64,000 nucleotides of DNA from Candidatus Omnitrophota bacterium. Its GTDB lineage: Bacteria; Omnitrophota; Gorgyraeia; Pluralincolimonadales; Pluralincolimonadaceae. The position numbers and the translations under genes are program-made. The notes below the pieces were generated by a model. That model had not been told where the DNA came from. It did no database searches and saw only the letters and a list, made by a program, of their open reading frames with translations. The number at the start of each line of letters is the position of its first letter. The stretch's first letter is position 1. The stretch lies in the NCBI GenBank assembly GCA_041653595.1, contig JBAZFB010000005.1:32075-96074 (forward strand), written 5' to 3'. Positions 1 to 9,865 of this stretch are shown here, piece after piece.

Positions 1-2
1 TT

Positions 3-656
3 TTATCCCATCTCTTAACGGAGAAATTGCCCGCGTACGGCGGCGGCGGACATTCTCTCGATATGGCCAAGACAGGTTCCGTCTCCGGGGAAGGTTCGGC
101 TAACATCTACCGGTTTTCGATGGGAAGCCATTGGGGGACCCACGTAGATGCGCCCAACCATTTTTTTGAGAACGGGAGGAAGGCCGCGGATTATCCGCCC
201 GAATTTTGGCTGTTCAGGGCTCCGCAAGTCATCGACGTCACGCTGGCTCCTTCGGAGATACTGAATTCCGGCAAGTGGCTGGAGAGCATAGACGGATCGA
301 AGGACATCCTGCTTTTGAAGTCCGGCTGGAAAAGGCACAGGGACAAGGAATTGTACTGCAAGGAGAACCCTGGGATACATCCTGACGTGGGGATGTATAT
401 AAGGAAGAAGCTGCCTAACATAAGGGCCGTGGGGATCGACTGGATATCCGTTTCCCCGTTCTGCGCCCGTCCTATCGGCAGGCAGGCCCACAAGGCATTC
501 CTGGACCCGGAGGGCGAGAACAACCCCGTCCTTATAATAGAAGATATGGACCTGTCGTGCAACCTCAAGGGCCTGTTCGAAGTGACGGTCTCGCCGCTTA
601 GGGTTGAGGGAGCAGACAGCGCGCCATGCACGGTTATCGGAGGTTTCGATGATTAA
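3..656 (+). CDS. Cyclase-family protein (kynurenine formamidase-like), probably 5'-partial at window edge
   Basis: HWGTHVDAPNHF motif (HxGTHxDxPxH of PF04199 cyclases). The frame is open back to position 3 with no upstream stop. The motif lies only about 36 aa from the TTG at 27, so the N-terminus is likely outside the window. Confidence 0.6.
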   Translation, partial: LSHLLTEKLPAYGGGGHSLDMAKTGSVSGEGSANIYRFSMGSHWGTHVDAPNHFFENGRKAADYPPEFWLFRAPQVIDVTLAPSEILNSGKWLESIDGSKDILLLKSGWKRHRDKELYCKENPGIHPDVGMYIRKKLPNIRAVGIDWISVSPFCARPIGRQAHKAFLDPEGENNPVLIIEDMDLSCNLKGLFEVTVSPLRVEGADSAPCTVIGGFDD

Positions 657-1290
657 GGCCGTTGTATTCGATTTTGACGGCGTGCTCGTCGAATCGGTCG
701 ATATAAAGACGAACGCGTTCGCCAAGCTGTTTGAGAATGAAGGCCCTGAGATCGTGAAGCAGGTCGTCGATTATCATGTCAGGCATACCGGCGTATCAAG
801 GTTCGATAAGATAAAGTATTTTTACAAGACGCTGCTTAAGAAGGAGCTCGCGGAACGTAAATTCAATGAACTCTGCGAACGTTTCTCCGGCCTGGTCCTT
901 GAAGAAGTCGTAAACGCCCCTTATGTCAAAGGCGGCAGGGAATTCCTCGAAGCTTACAGCGCCGTATACAAATGCTTTATCGCGTCCGCTACCCCGCAGG
1001 AGGAGATCGAAGAGATAGCGCAGAAGAGAAAGATGGCCCGGTATTTCGCGGGTATTTACGGCGCGCCCAAATTGAAATCGACCATCGTAAAAGAGATCTT
1101 AAGCGGGAACCGGTTATCACCCGGCGAGGCGGTATACGTCGGCGACGCGATGAGCGATTATTCGGCGGCAAAAGATAACGGGGTCAGGTTCATCGCGCGG
1201 ATAAACGGCAACGCCGGTATTTTCGCGGCGATAGATTGCCTGAAGATAAACGACTTGTCCGGATTGTCCTCTATCCTGGGATCCTTATAA
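649..1290 (+). CDS. HAD-superfamily hydrolase (phosphatase/phosphoglycolate-phosphatase-like)
   Basis: N-terminal MIKAVVFDFDGVLVES (DxDG motif I), a C-terminal GDAMSDY motif, and the typical HAD length. Confidence 0.75.
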   Translation: MIKAVVFDFDGVLVESVDIKTNAFAKLFENEGPEIVKQVVDYHVRHTGVSRFDKIKYFYKTLLKKELAERKFNELCERFSGLVLEEVVNAPYVKGGREFLEAYSAVYKCFIASATPQEEIEEIAQKRKMARYFAGIYGAPKLKSTIVKEILSGNRLSPGEAVYVGDAMSDYSAAKDNGVRFIARINGNAGIFAAIDCLKINDLSGLSSILGSL

Positions 1291-1296
1291 TACTTA

Positions 1297-3024
1297 ATGG
1301 TATACATTGTCTTTCCGGAAGATAAACGTAATATAGAAAAATTAAAAGGCTTGCCCTGGTCTTACCTGGGCGCCGATGAAGGATCTTGCCCGGCCGAGGC
1401 CGTCCTCGGCAGGGAGAAGAGGATATTTGTGGGCAAGGGGATAGAACGGATTGTCTCACTGGTCAGGGATAATTACATCGACTATATAGGCAAGGTCTCG
1501 ACGCTCCAAAAGGACAGGGTGCTGTGGTATTCGAGCAGGGTGGCATCTAAGTCGACTTCCCAGATGGCCATGTTCCACCAATATGTCTATATCAAGCTTA
1601 TAGAGTCCTATGCCGCCTCCAAAGACAGCCATATATTTTTGGCGGACGACATCCGGCTTTTGGCGAACCTTAGACGGCTTCGCTTGCCGAATATCGAGGT
1701 CCGCGGATCGATACCCCTGGGTCATATAAAGACGGCCCTGAAAAAGGTCAAGGGTGGATGGGCGTTCTTTGACATATTTTTCCATTGGCTATTTTCCAGG
1801 CTGTTCTTGTCTTCCGCCGGGCCTAAAGCCGGCGATACCTTGCTGCACAGCTTTATCGACGACAGGGTCTTCTCGCGGCTTCCGGAGTACAATGACCCAT
1901 ACTTCGGGGGGCTGGAAGGTTTTTTAAGCAAGAACGGCCTTGGCGTCTTCAGGGTAACACCGCTTTTTGTTGAGTGTAAACACGCAATTAAATTGAAAAA
2001 GAATTTTAAGAATATCGGGCTTCTCCTGCCATATTTAAGATTGGCAGACTTTTTACGCGTATTTATTACCAGAATGTACATTAATTGCGGGCTTCCCGAC
2101 GATAACGGGATAAAAGACAGGGGATTGCTGGACCTGCTTTTAAAGAACGAGGAAAATAACGAGAACGAGACGAACGGCTTCCAGGCGTACCTTTTCTATT
2201 ATTACTGTTACAGGAACCTTGCAAAAAAGCTGGCTCCGGGGACTTCTATGATATATCCGTTCGAGAACCAGCCGTGGGAGAAGATGCTCAACCTTGCTTT
2301 CGGTGAGAAGGTAAAGAAGATCGCCTACCAGCATATGACGATCCCGGTTAATTGGCTGGATTACCACGTTTCGGTTTTCGAGAAGGATGCGCCCCTGCCG
2401 GAGGTGATCCTGGCTGCCGGGAAGAAGTGGCTCGATTTTTTAAAAGATCGCTATAAGGCCTGCCGGGTAGAGGAGGCCGGTGCTACCCGGCTTCAGCACC
2501 TCTTTCTTCGCGGCAAGGGCCGTAACGGGATGAAGACGAATAATATTGTCGTTGCCTTGCCTATTTTCCCCGAGGTAACAGTATCTTTACAAAGGCAGGT
2601 CCTCGCGTGCCTGGCTAGCGGTGAATTCAGCGGATATAAGTTCCTTATCAAGCCCCATCCGTATTCGTGGGGCTCAGCTTTACTCGCCAAAGAGTTCTCC
2701 GGATATAATAATTGCGAATTTACCGGGAAAGACATGAAAGAACTGCTGGAGGATTGTTTTTTGCTGGTCACCTCCGCGTCAACGGTAGTGTTTGAAGCCC
2801 TCTCCTTGGGCGTTAAAACGCTGTATTACATCCCCGAGGGCATTTCTTTAGGGCTCGAGTATTTTATAAGGGAGTATTTAGAGGTTTCTTTTGCAGAAGA
2901 TTTCAAGGAGAAGCTGGTTGCCGCGCTAGGGACTAAGGAGTACCCCGAATTTAATATTAAGGAATTTTTCTCCCCGCCGGATTATTCAGTCTTCTTAAAG
3001 CACGTTACGCATGGTACAGGATAA
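1297..3024 (+). CDS. Hypothetical 575-aa protein with a possible GT-B-like C-terminal half; putative polysaccharide biosynthesis protein
   Basis: No clear family motif was recognised. The C-terminal segment LLVTSASTVVFEALSLGVKTLYY resembles the conserved E-x7-E region of GT-B glycosyl/glycerophosphotransferases. It is the first gene of the glycan locus. Confidence 0.35.
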   Translation: MVYIVFPEDKRNIEKLKGLPWSYLGADEGSCPAEAVLGREKRIFVGKGIERIVSLVRDNYIDYIGKVSTLQKDRVLWYSSRVASKSTSQMAMFHQYVYIKLIESYAASKDSHIFLADDIRLLANLRRLRLPNIEVRGSIPLGHIKTALKKVKGGWAFFDIFFHWLFSRLFLSSAGPKAGDTLLHSFIDDRVFSRLPEYNDPYFGGLEGFLSKNGLGVFRVTPLFVECKHAIKLKKNFKNIGLLLPYLRLADFLRVFITRMYINCGLPDDNGIKDRGLLDLLLKNEENNENETNGFQAYLFYYYCYRNLAKKLAPGTSMIYPFENQPWEKMLNLAFGEKVKKIAYQHMTIPVNWLDYHVSVFEKDAPLPEVILAAGKKWLDFLKDRYKACRVEEAGATRLQHLFLRGKGRNGMKTNNIVVALPIFPEVTVSLQRQVLACLASGEFSGYKFLIKPHPYSWGSALLAKEFSGYNNCEFTGKDMKELLEDCFLLVTSASTVVFEALSLGVKTLYYIPEGISLGLEYFIREYLEVSFAEDFKEKLVAALGTKEYPEFNIKEFFSPPDYSVFLKHVTHGTG

Positions 3025-3031
3025 GGGAAGG

Positions 3032-3934
3032 ATGATGGAAAAAAACAGGATATTGATCACCGGCGGCACGGGATTGCTGGGAAAAGCGCTAATTGAAACC
3101 AACAGGATCGCAGATATCGACGCCGTCTATATCGGCGGCTATGATATGCGGGAGGGGGAACGTGTCACTTACCATAAGGCCGATATATGCGATAAAGACG
3201 CAATGCGCGCGGTCTTCGATAAGGTAAGGCCGCAGGTTGTCATACACACGGCAGGCATCGCCAGCGTAGATTACTGCGAGCGGAATTATCCGGAGGCGCG
3301 GAAGTCGAACGTATTCGGCACCCGGGCCATGGCGGAGTTATGCGCGGAATACGGCGCAGAGATGGTCTTCGTATCAACGAACGCGGTGTTTGACGGCAAG
3401 TCCGCCCCTTATTCGGAGGACGATAAGCCCTCACCCATCAACAAATACGGTGAAATGAAACTGGAAGGGGAAAAGATCGTCAGGGAAAGCGGCTTGAAAT
3501 TCCTGATCGTGAGGCCGATATTGATGTATGGCTGGAATAACAAAAATGAGCGGTCGAATCCCGTTACCTGGTTGATCCAGAAGCTTGGCCGCGGCGAAGG
3601 AGTGAAGATGGTGAACGATGTCTTCGAAAATCCGTTGTTAAATACCAGTTGCGCCGAGATAATATGGGCCCTTATAAGATCGGGAAAGGAAGGGCCCTAT
3701 CATATAGCCGGGAAGGATGTCTTGAACCGGTATGAATTTGCCCTCCTTGTGGCGGATATCTTTGGGTTAAGCCGTGCCCTCATCAGCCCCGTTTCAAGCG
3801 CCGCATTCAAAGACTTGGCGCCTCGTCCGAGCAACACGAGCTATAACACCGCCAAGATCGAAAGAGAACTGGACATAAGGCTTTTGACCGTAAAAGAAGG
3901 GCTGGAATTAATGAAGAAATCAGCCCAAGGATGA
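3032..3934 (+). CDS. dTDP-4-dehydrorhamnose reductase-like (RmlD family) NAD(P)-dependent sugar reductase
   Basis: ILITGGTGLLG Rossmann motif, a VFVSTNAVFDG...PYSEDDKPSPINKYGEMKLEGE block typical of RmlD, and an RBS-like aagggaagg upstream. Confidence 0.75.
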   Translation: MMEKNRILITGGTGLLGKALIETNRIADIDAVYIGGYDMREGERVTYHKADICDKDAMRAVFDKVRPQVVIHTAGIASVDYCERNYPEARKSNVFGTRAMAELCAEYGAEMVFVSTNAVFDGKSAPYSEDDKPSPINKYGEMKLEGEKIVRESGLKFLIVRPILMYGWNNKNERSNPVTWLIQKLGRGEGVKMVNDVFENPLLNTSCAEIIWALIRSGKEGPYHIAGKDVLNRYEFALLVADIFGLSRALISPVSSAAFKDLAPRPSNTSYNTAKIERELDIRLLTVKEGLELMKKSAQG

Positions 3935-3935
3935 T

Positions 3936-4904
3936 ATGCCAAAGGTAAGCGTAGTTATACCCGCATATAACTGCGAAAGGTTCATAGCTGCCGCCGTCAA
4001 TAGCGTGCTGGGGCAGTCTTATAAAGATTACGAATTGATCGTCGTGAATGACGGCTCGACGGATTCCACGGAAAATGCCCTTTCCGAATTCCGTTCAAGG
4101 ATCACCTATATATACCAAAAGAACGGGGGCCCGGCAAATGCCAGGAACACGGGAGTTTTAGCCGCGAAGGGGGAGTATGTGGCATTTTTGGACCAGGATG
4201 ACGCGTGGCTGCCCGATAAGCTGCGGATGCAAATCGATCTTTTTGAGAAGAAGGGGTCGTTGGGCCTTGTGTATGCCGACGAATACATGTTAAAAGACAG
4301 TTCCTTTGACATTTACGGCCCCGAGAACTTGCGGACTTTTCAATTCAGGCCCCCGCACAGGGGAAAAGTCTTCAAATACCTGTTTGCGCAAAATTTCATT
4401 CCCACATCTTCGGTGATGGCGCGAAAAGAGTGTTTTAGCAAAGTCGGCCTGTTCAACCCGGCGCTTGTCCCGATAGAGGACTACGACAGATGGCTGAGGA
4501 TCGCGGCTTTTTACGAGGTCGATTTTATCGACAGGCCTTTAGTGAGATACAGGGACCACGCCGCCACATTCCGAAAGGACGACGTAAGGACTTTTACCAA
4601 TATCGTCAATACCCTTAAGGGTGTTATCGCGGATTACCCGGATCTCAACGGCCTCATCGACAGGAGGGGAAGAGGGGAGCTGTCGAGGTTCCATGTTATT
4701 TTAGGAAGAAGGCATTTCCGCAGGAATGACCCGGGAAAAGCGCGGGAAAATTTTAAGTCCGCATTGAAGGTGTCGGGATTTCCGTCCTTCATTTTGTATG
4801 TTTTCATGTCCCCCGCTTATGCGCACCTCAGGGGAATATTCATTAAACTGGCATCAAGGTTCCGGCTGCGCATCAGGCACACCCGAAGGAAGGTAAATAC
4901 ATGA
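3936..4904 (+). CDS. Glycosyltransferase family 2
   Basis: VSVVIPAYNCERFI...ELIVVNDGSTDST...FLDQDDAW (GT2 DXD motifs). Confidence 0.85.
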   Translation: MPKVSVVIPAYNCERFIAAAVNSVLGQSYKDYELIVVNDGSTDSTENALSEFRSRITYIYQKNGGPANARNTGVLAAKGEYVAFLDQDDAWLPDKLRMQIDLFEKKGSLGLVYADEYMLKDSSFDIYGPENLRTFQFRPPHRGKVFKYLFAQNFIPTSSVMARKECFSKVGLFNPALVPIEDYDRWLRIAAFYEVDFIDRPLVRYRDHAATFRKDDVRTFTNIVNTLKGVIADYPDLNGLIDRRGRGELSRFHVILGRRHFRRNDPGKARENFKSALKVSGFPSFILYVFMSPAYAHLRGIFIKLASRFRLRIRHTRRKVNT

Positions 4905-5833
4905 AAAAAGTCTTAGTCACGGGAGTCAGCGGTTTTACGGGAAGGTATTTTGTCGATCTCGCCGGCAAGATGAGGCCGGGGACGGTGAAGATCTTCGGGG
5001 TAGATAAAAAGTGTTTCCCGGGCAGCCCGGAGAATTTTAAATTCATAAGATCGGACCTCTTGGACAAGGGGAGCATCTCGAAGATCATAGGCGATACACG
5101 GCCCGATTATATTTTGCACCTATCGGCATTGCTTTTCAGCAAGGATCATGAAGACCTGCTGAAATATAACGTACTTGCGACGAAGAACATCTTTGACGCA
5201 GTGATCGAGAAGGGGTTATCTCCACGAATATTGGTTATCGGCACCTCCGGCGAATATGGGATAAGCAGCCGGAATATACCGCTGAAAGAGACAGGCCCTT
5301 TAGCGCCTATAACGCCTTACGGCCTCAGTAAGGCGGCTCAGACGCTTTTGGCGCTGCAATACCATCAAGGATACGGCTTGGACATAGTCATCGCGCGGCC
5401 TTTTAACCTGATAGGCCCGGGCCAGACATCACAGCTGGTTTGCGGTTCGATCGTCAACCAGATCAAGGATATGGGCCCGAAAGGGCGCAGGAAAGGCAGA
5501 TTGCTGATAGGGAACCTTCATACCAGCAGGGATTTTATAGACGTAAGGGACGCGGTCAGGGCTTATTGGATGCTTATGGCATGCAAGAAACCGGTCGCGG
5601 GGGAGATATTTAACGTAGGCAGCGGGAAACCGCATTCGGTGCGGGAGATCGTGAAGATTCTTTCCGGCCTTTGCGGAAGGAAATTTTCGGTCGAGCAGCG
5701 GAAAGACAAGGTCATGAAGAAAGACATACCGGCGCAGACAGCGGATATTACCAAGATCAAGGCATTGACGGGATGGAAACCGGAGATCCCGATAGGCGCA
5801 TCCCTTATGGATATGTACCTTAATACGCCGTGA
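4901..5833 (+). CDS. NAD-dependent epimerase/dehydratase family protein (GDP-/UDP-sugar epimerase or reductase)
   Basis: VLVTGVSGFTGRYF Rossmann motif and a PYGLSKAAQTLL (YxxxK catalytic) block. An ATGA overlap joins it to the upstream gene. Confidence 0.8.
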   Translation: MKKVLVTGVSGFTGRYFVDLAGKMRPGTVKIFGVDKKCFPGSPENFKFIRSDLLDKGSISKIIGDTRPDYILHLSALLFSKDHEDLLKYNVLATKNIFDAVIEKGLSPRILVIGTSGEYGISSRNIPLKETGPLAPITPYGLSKAAQTLLALQYHQGYGLDIVIARPFNLIGPGQTSQLVCGSIVNQIKDMGPKGRRKGRLLIGNLHTSRDFIDVRDAVRAYWMLMACKKPVAGEIFNVGSGKPHSVREIVKILSGLCGRKFSVEQRKDKVMKKDIPAQTADITKIKALTGWKPEIPIGASLMDMYLNTP

Positions 5834-7008
5834 TGGATATCGCTATCGTGACTCCCACGCTGAATTACGGCGGCGGGGAGAGACAAGTTGAATTTCTGGC
5901 GTCAGGGTTGGCCGGCAGCGGGCACTCGGTAAGAGTCTACTGTTTCTTCGACGACGGCCCGATAGCGTACAGGTTGGCCGGAAAAGGCATAAAGGTCCAC
6001 AGGCTATATAACCGGGCCGTCACCGGGGCCGGTCCTGGGAAAAAAGTCGGCGCGCCCGCGGAAGACACCGGCGTTTTCAGGAAAAGCGGCGATACCGTCG
6101 ACAGGTTAAGGCGGCTTGCCAACGAATGCCTCGCGGCTTTAAAATTATTTGCCGCCTTTGCGAAAAAAAGGCCGGATGTCGTCCATCTATACCAGAACCA
6201 GACCAAGATGGCTGTCCTTGCCGGCAGGATGGCCGGCGTAAAAAGGATAGTCTATACCGAAACGTCCCTTATCGGGGATTGGCTTTCGCCTTCCCAATTG
6301 TCGGTTATGAGGTTTTTTTGGAGGCGATGTGATGCTATAATAGCCCTCTCGGAATCCATGAAACGGCATATGGTAGCCCTCGGCGCCGCGGTTACGGGAA
6401 AAGTATACGTCGTACCGACCATGCTCCCTTCTCCCGGAAAGAATGAGATAAAGCCCGTTGAGGGGAAGAGGGATGTAACCGTAGGCATAGTCGGAAGGCT
6501 TACCCCGGAAAAGGGGCACGTATTTTTTTTAAAGGCCGCCGAGTTGATAAATAAACAACGCAGTAATATCAAATTCATTATCGCGGGGCAGGGCTATCTG
6601 AAGAACGAGCTAAGCGTCCTCATCGAAAAAAACGGCCTGGCCGCAAATACAGAGCTTACCGGCGCGTTTAAGGATATCTCCGATATTATGTGCCGCATCG
6701 ATATACTTGTGCTTTCTTCCCTGACAGAGGGAGCGCCGTTGGTCCTGCTGGAAGGCATGGCTTACGGCAAACCTGTAGTCGCCGCCAATGTGGGGGGAGT
6801 AAGCGAACTGGTAGTTGAAGGCAAAACGGGTTTTTTGGTCGCTCCTAAAGACCCTGAGGCATTGGCTGATGCCATACTTAAGCTTGCCGGGGATACGCAA
6901 ATGAGGAAGAGATTCGCTGAGGCAGCGATCAACCGGTTCACGGAGAGATATTCCTCCGGGAAGCTTATCCCGGAAATAGAATCGATATACCGCGGAGGCA
7001 CGAATTAA
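5833..7008 (+). CDS. Glycosyltransferase family 4 (GT-B, Glycos_transf_1)
   Basis: C-terminal EGAPLVLLEGMAYGKPVVAANVGGVSELV is the EX7E motif of retaining GT4 enzymes. Confidence 0.85.
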   Translation: MDIAIVTPTLNYGGGERQVEFLASGLAGSGHSVRVYCFFDDGPIAYRLAGKGIKVHRLYNRAVTGAGPGKKVGAPAEDTGVFRKSGDTVDRLRRLANECLAALKLFAAFAKKRPDVVHLYQNQTKMAVLAGRMAGVKRIVYTETSLIGDWLSPSQLSVMRFFWRRCDAIIALSESMKRHMVALGAAVTGKVYVVPTMLPSPGKNEIKPVEGKRDVTVGIVGRLTPEKGHVFFLKAAELINKQRSNIKFIIAGQGYLKNELSVLIEKNGLAANTELTGAFKDISDIMCRIDILVLSSLTEGAPLVLLEGMAYGKPVVAANVGGVSELVVEGKTGFLVAPKDPEALADAILKLAGDTQMRKRFAEAAINRFTERYSSGKLIPEIESIYRGGTN

Positions 7009-7009
7009 A

Positions 7010-7705
7010 ATGAAGGTATCCGTCATTATACCTGTTTATAACGAAGCAAAGACAATAAAAGAGATCTTGAAAAAAGTCACGGATAGCGATGTCGTCGACG
7101 AGATAATCATAGTCGACGATTTTTCTAAGGACGATACCATGAAGATACTGGAAAGCCTGTCCCTTAAAGGGGTGAAGATATATTCTCATGATAAAAACCG
7201 CGGAAAGGGAGCGGCTATCCGTACAGGCCTCAAAAATGCGTCCGGCGACATAATAATTTTCCAGGATGCGGACTTAGAATATGATCCGGGGGATTATCCT
7301 AGGCTCGTGAAACCCATCAAAGAAGGCAAAGCGGATGTTGTATATGGTTCGAGGTTCCTGAATAGAAAAGACCTTTTCCATTGCAAAAAGGTCTTTTATC
7401 TGACGCATTTTATAGGAAATAAATTTCTTAATTTTATGGTGATGCTTCTTTACGGGGCAAGACTTACAGATATGGAGACTTGTTATAAGGTCATAAAAAA
7501 AGAGATATTGAACGGAATAGACTTAACTGCCAGGGGATTCGAAATAGAGCCTGAAATAACCGCAAAATTGCTGAGAAAAGGGGTAAAAATATACGAGGTC
7601 CCCATTTCCTATGTTCCGAGAGATTATCAGGAAGGCAAAAAGATCTCATGGCGGGACGGCTTAAAGGCATTATATGTGCTCGTAAAATACAGGGTGGGGA
7701 AATAG
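7010..7705 (+). CDS. Polyprenyl-phosphate sugar synthase, dolichol-phosphate-mannose synthase (DPM1)-like GT2
   Basis: MKVSVIIPVYNE...EIIIVDDFSKDDT...FQDADLEYDP. The short (231-aa) soluble GT2 architecture is typical of DPM1/ArnC/GtrB-like enzymes. Confidence 0.7.
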   Translation: MKVSVIIPVYNEAKTIKEILKKVTDSDVVDEIIIVDDFSKDDTMKILESLSLKGVKIYSHDKNRGKGAAIRTGLKNASGDIIIFQDADLEYDPGDYPRLVKPIKEGKADVVYGSRFLNRKDLFHCKKVFYLTHFIGNKFLNFMVMLLYGARLTDMETCYKVIKKEILNGIDLTARGFEIEPEITAKLLRKGVKIYEVPISYVPRDYQEGKKISWRDGLKALYVLVKYRVGK

Positions 7706-8407
7706 ATGCCCAAAGTCGTTTTTGATACGCTTACTTTCATGTCAAGGCTCGAGCGTTTGAAGTCCTGGTTTTACAAAAAGATCGAGCCATACCTCGGAGA
7801 GAGGATCCTGGAGGCGGGATGCGGGACCGGGAACCTGACTTCTTACCTGTCGGGCAAACAGCTGGTGCTGGCAGTAGACAATGACTCCGACATGCTGGAT
7901 GAATGCAGGAGCAGGTTTTCGGATAATCCGAACGTAAAATTCCTAAGATACGACTTAACCGACCCGTCGATAACAAAGCTTTCGGAAAATAACCTGGATA
8001 CGGTCGTTTGCGTCAATACCCTCGAACACATAAAGGATGACGAGGCGGTTTTGAGGAATTTCAATTCCGTATTAAGCGAAGGCGGCACCCTTATCTTGCT
8101 GGTACCCGCCTTCCAATCTTTATACTGCAGCCTTGACAGGGCGGCAGGCCACTACAGGAGGTACAGCCTGCCAGAGGTATCGGAAAAGATAGAAAAATGC
8201 GGTTTTACCGTCGATAAGAAGATGTATTTTAATTTTTTCGGGCTGATCGGGTGGTTCTTCAACGGGAAGGTCTTGAAAAAAGAAAAGATCTCCACCAGGC
8301 TGTTGAGGATGTTTAATTTCTTGACTCCGTTGCTGGATTTTTTCGAGAACCTGATAGGGCCTCCTATAGGCTTATCCATCATATTGGTATGCAGGAAGAG
8401 GGAATGA
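7706..8407 (+). CDS. Class I SAM-dependent methyltransferase
   Basis: ILEAGCGTGNL (motif I GxGxG) and VLEHI...LKPGG-like downstream motifs. Confidence 0.8.
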   Translation: MPKVVFDTLTFMSRLERLKSWFYKKIEPYLGERILEAGCGTGNLTSYLSGKQLVLAVDNDSDMLDECRSRFSDNPNVKFLRYDLTDPSITKLSENNLDTVVCVNTLEHIKDDEAVLRNFNSVLSEGGTLILLVPAFQSLYCSLDRAAGHYRRYSLPEVSEKIEKCGFTVDKKMYFNFFGLIGWFFNGKVLKKEKISTRLLRMFNFLTPLLDFFENLIGPPIGLSIILVCRKRE

Positions 8408-9861
8408 AGGTCTTATTTTTCCACAGGAACGCGGAATGGATGGGGATCGAATATCTTTCGAGCGCCCTGAAGAGGGCGGGGCACGACACCGAACTGCTCT
8501 TCGACCCCGGTTCCGGCGACGTGGAGTACAAGTTTAATATCATTGAAAGGTATTTCGACGTTTCCGGTAAAATGATAAAAAAGGCGAAGGCCTATAAACC
8601 CGACCTCATAGCGTTCTCTTGTTTGACCAATTTATACCCCTGGGTCTCCAAGATGGCTTCCCTGCTGAAGAAAGAAATGGCTGTGCCTATCATTGCGGGA
8701 GGCCTTCATCCCACCATTCTGCCTGAGTTCGTCATAAAAAACCCCGATATAGACATGATATGCGTCGGTGAAGGCGAAGAGGCCCTGGTAGAATTGGCGA
8801 ATAGCATGCAAAACGGTAAGATAGACTATTCGATAAAAAATATCTGGTTCAAGAAGGACGGGGAGATCGTCCGGAACCCGCCGAGGCCCCTGATGCAAGA
8901 CCTGGACTCCCTGCCTTTCCCGGACAAGGATATGTTCAGGCGGTACGGATGTTTTTCGGACAGGCTTTACGTCATGACCGGCAGGGGATGCCCGTACCAA
9001 TGCACATATTGTTTCAATTCTTACTACAGGAAATTGTTGAACCAGCCGGGCCATTCTTATACCCGCCGCAGGAGCGTCGGAAGGGTGATAGAAGAGCTTA
9101 AATATTTTAAGTCCAGGTACCGCATCAAGGAGGTCTTCTTCTATGACGATGTCTTCACAATAAATGACGAATGGATCAAGGACTTTGCCGCCAGGTATAA
9201 GAAGGAGATAGGCTTGCCTTTCAAGGTCCTGGTGCATCCCAAAAATGTAAAAAAAGACATTATGATACTCTTGAAAGAAGCGGGGTGTATTTATGTGGAT
9301 ATCGGCTTGGAGTCCGGGAGCGAGGATGTAAGGTATAAATTGCTGAAAAGGAACATGAGCAACGACGATATCATTAATACGGCCAGGGTCCTGAAGGAGG
9401 TAGGGATCAAGTTCTGCACATTGAACATAGTCGGTTTCCCGACCGAGACGACCGAACAGATGTGGGAGACTTATGAGTTAAATAGGAAGATAAAACCCGA
9501 CGGGACCATCGTGTCGATTTTTTACCCCTTTCCGAAAACAGAGCTGGCGGATTTCTGCGCTGAACGCGGGTTCATAAAAGAAGGCGAATATGAAAAGATC
9601 TGTAACGGCGAGGGAGGGTATAAACAGGGGTCTCTTATCAGGGATATAGACGAGAAAGAGGCCTTGAGGCTGCAAGTGTTGATCCCTTTCCTGACGAGAA
9701 TGCCGGCGTTTTTGCACCCAGCGATCAAGAGGATCCCGATCAACGGCTTCACCAGGATCATTTCCATACCGTTCCTTTCCGTTCCCAGGAACGCCTATAT
9801 ACGCATTAAGGAATCTTTGGTCATGTTCGTGAAATCCCATTGGAATTACCTGTGGGTATGA
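8404..9861 (+). CDS. B12-binding domain-containing radical SAM protein (paralog 1)
   Basis: N-terminal B12-binding-like Rossmann region (KPDLIAFSCLT...IIAGGLHPT) followed by GRGCPYQCTYC (CxxxCxxC). ATGA overlap with the upstream methyltransferase. Confidence 0.85.
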   Translation: MKVLFFHRNAEWMGIEYLSSALKRAGHDTELLFDPGSGDVEYKFNIIERYFDVSGKMIKKAKAYKPDLIAFSCLTNLYPWVSKMASLLKKEMAVPIIAGGLHPTILPEFVIKNPDIDMICVGEGEEALVELANSMQNGKIDYSIKNIWFKKDGEIVRNPPRPLMQDLDSLPFPDKDMFRRYGCFSDRLYVMTGRGCPYQCTYCFNSYYRKLLNQPGHSYTRRRSVGRVIEELKYFKSRYRIKEVFFYDDVFTINDEWIKDFAARYKKEIGLPFKVLVHPKNVKKDIMILLKEAGCIYVDIGLESGSEDVRYKLLKRNMSNDDIINTARVLKEVGIKFCTLNIVGFPTETTEQMWETYELNRKIKPDGTIVSIFYPFPKTELADFCAERGFIKEGEYEKICNGEGGYKQGSLIRDIDEKEALRLQVLIPFLTRMPAFLHPAIKRIPINGFTRIISIPFLSVPRNAYIRIKESLVMFVKSHWNYLWV

Positions 9862-9865
9862 ACAG

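Noticed and set aside
15-725. 236-aa minus-strand ORF overlapping the cyclase and HAD genes
   Set aside because: It is antisense to two + strand genes that have clear family motifs and has no recognisable motif itself. This is a typical shadow ORF.
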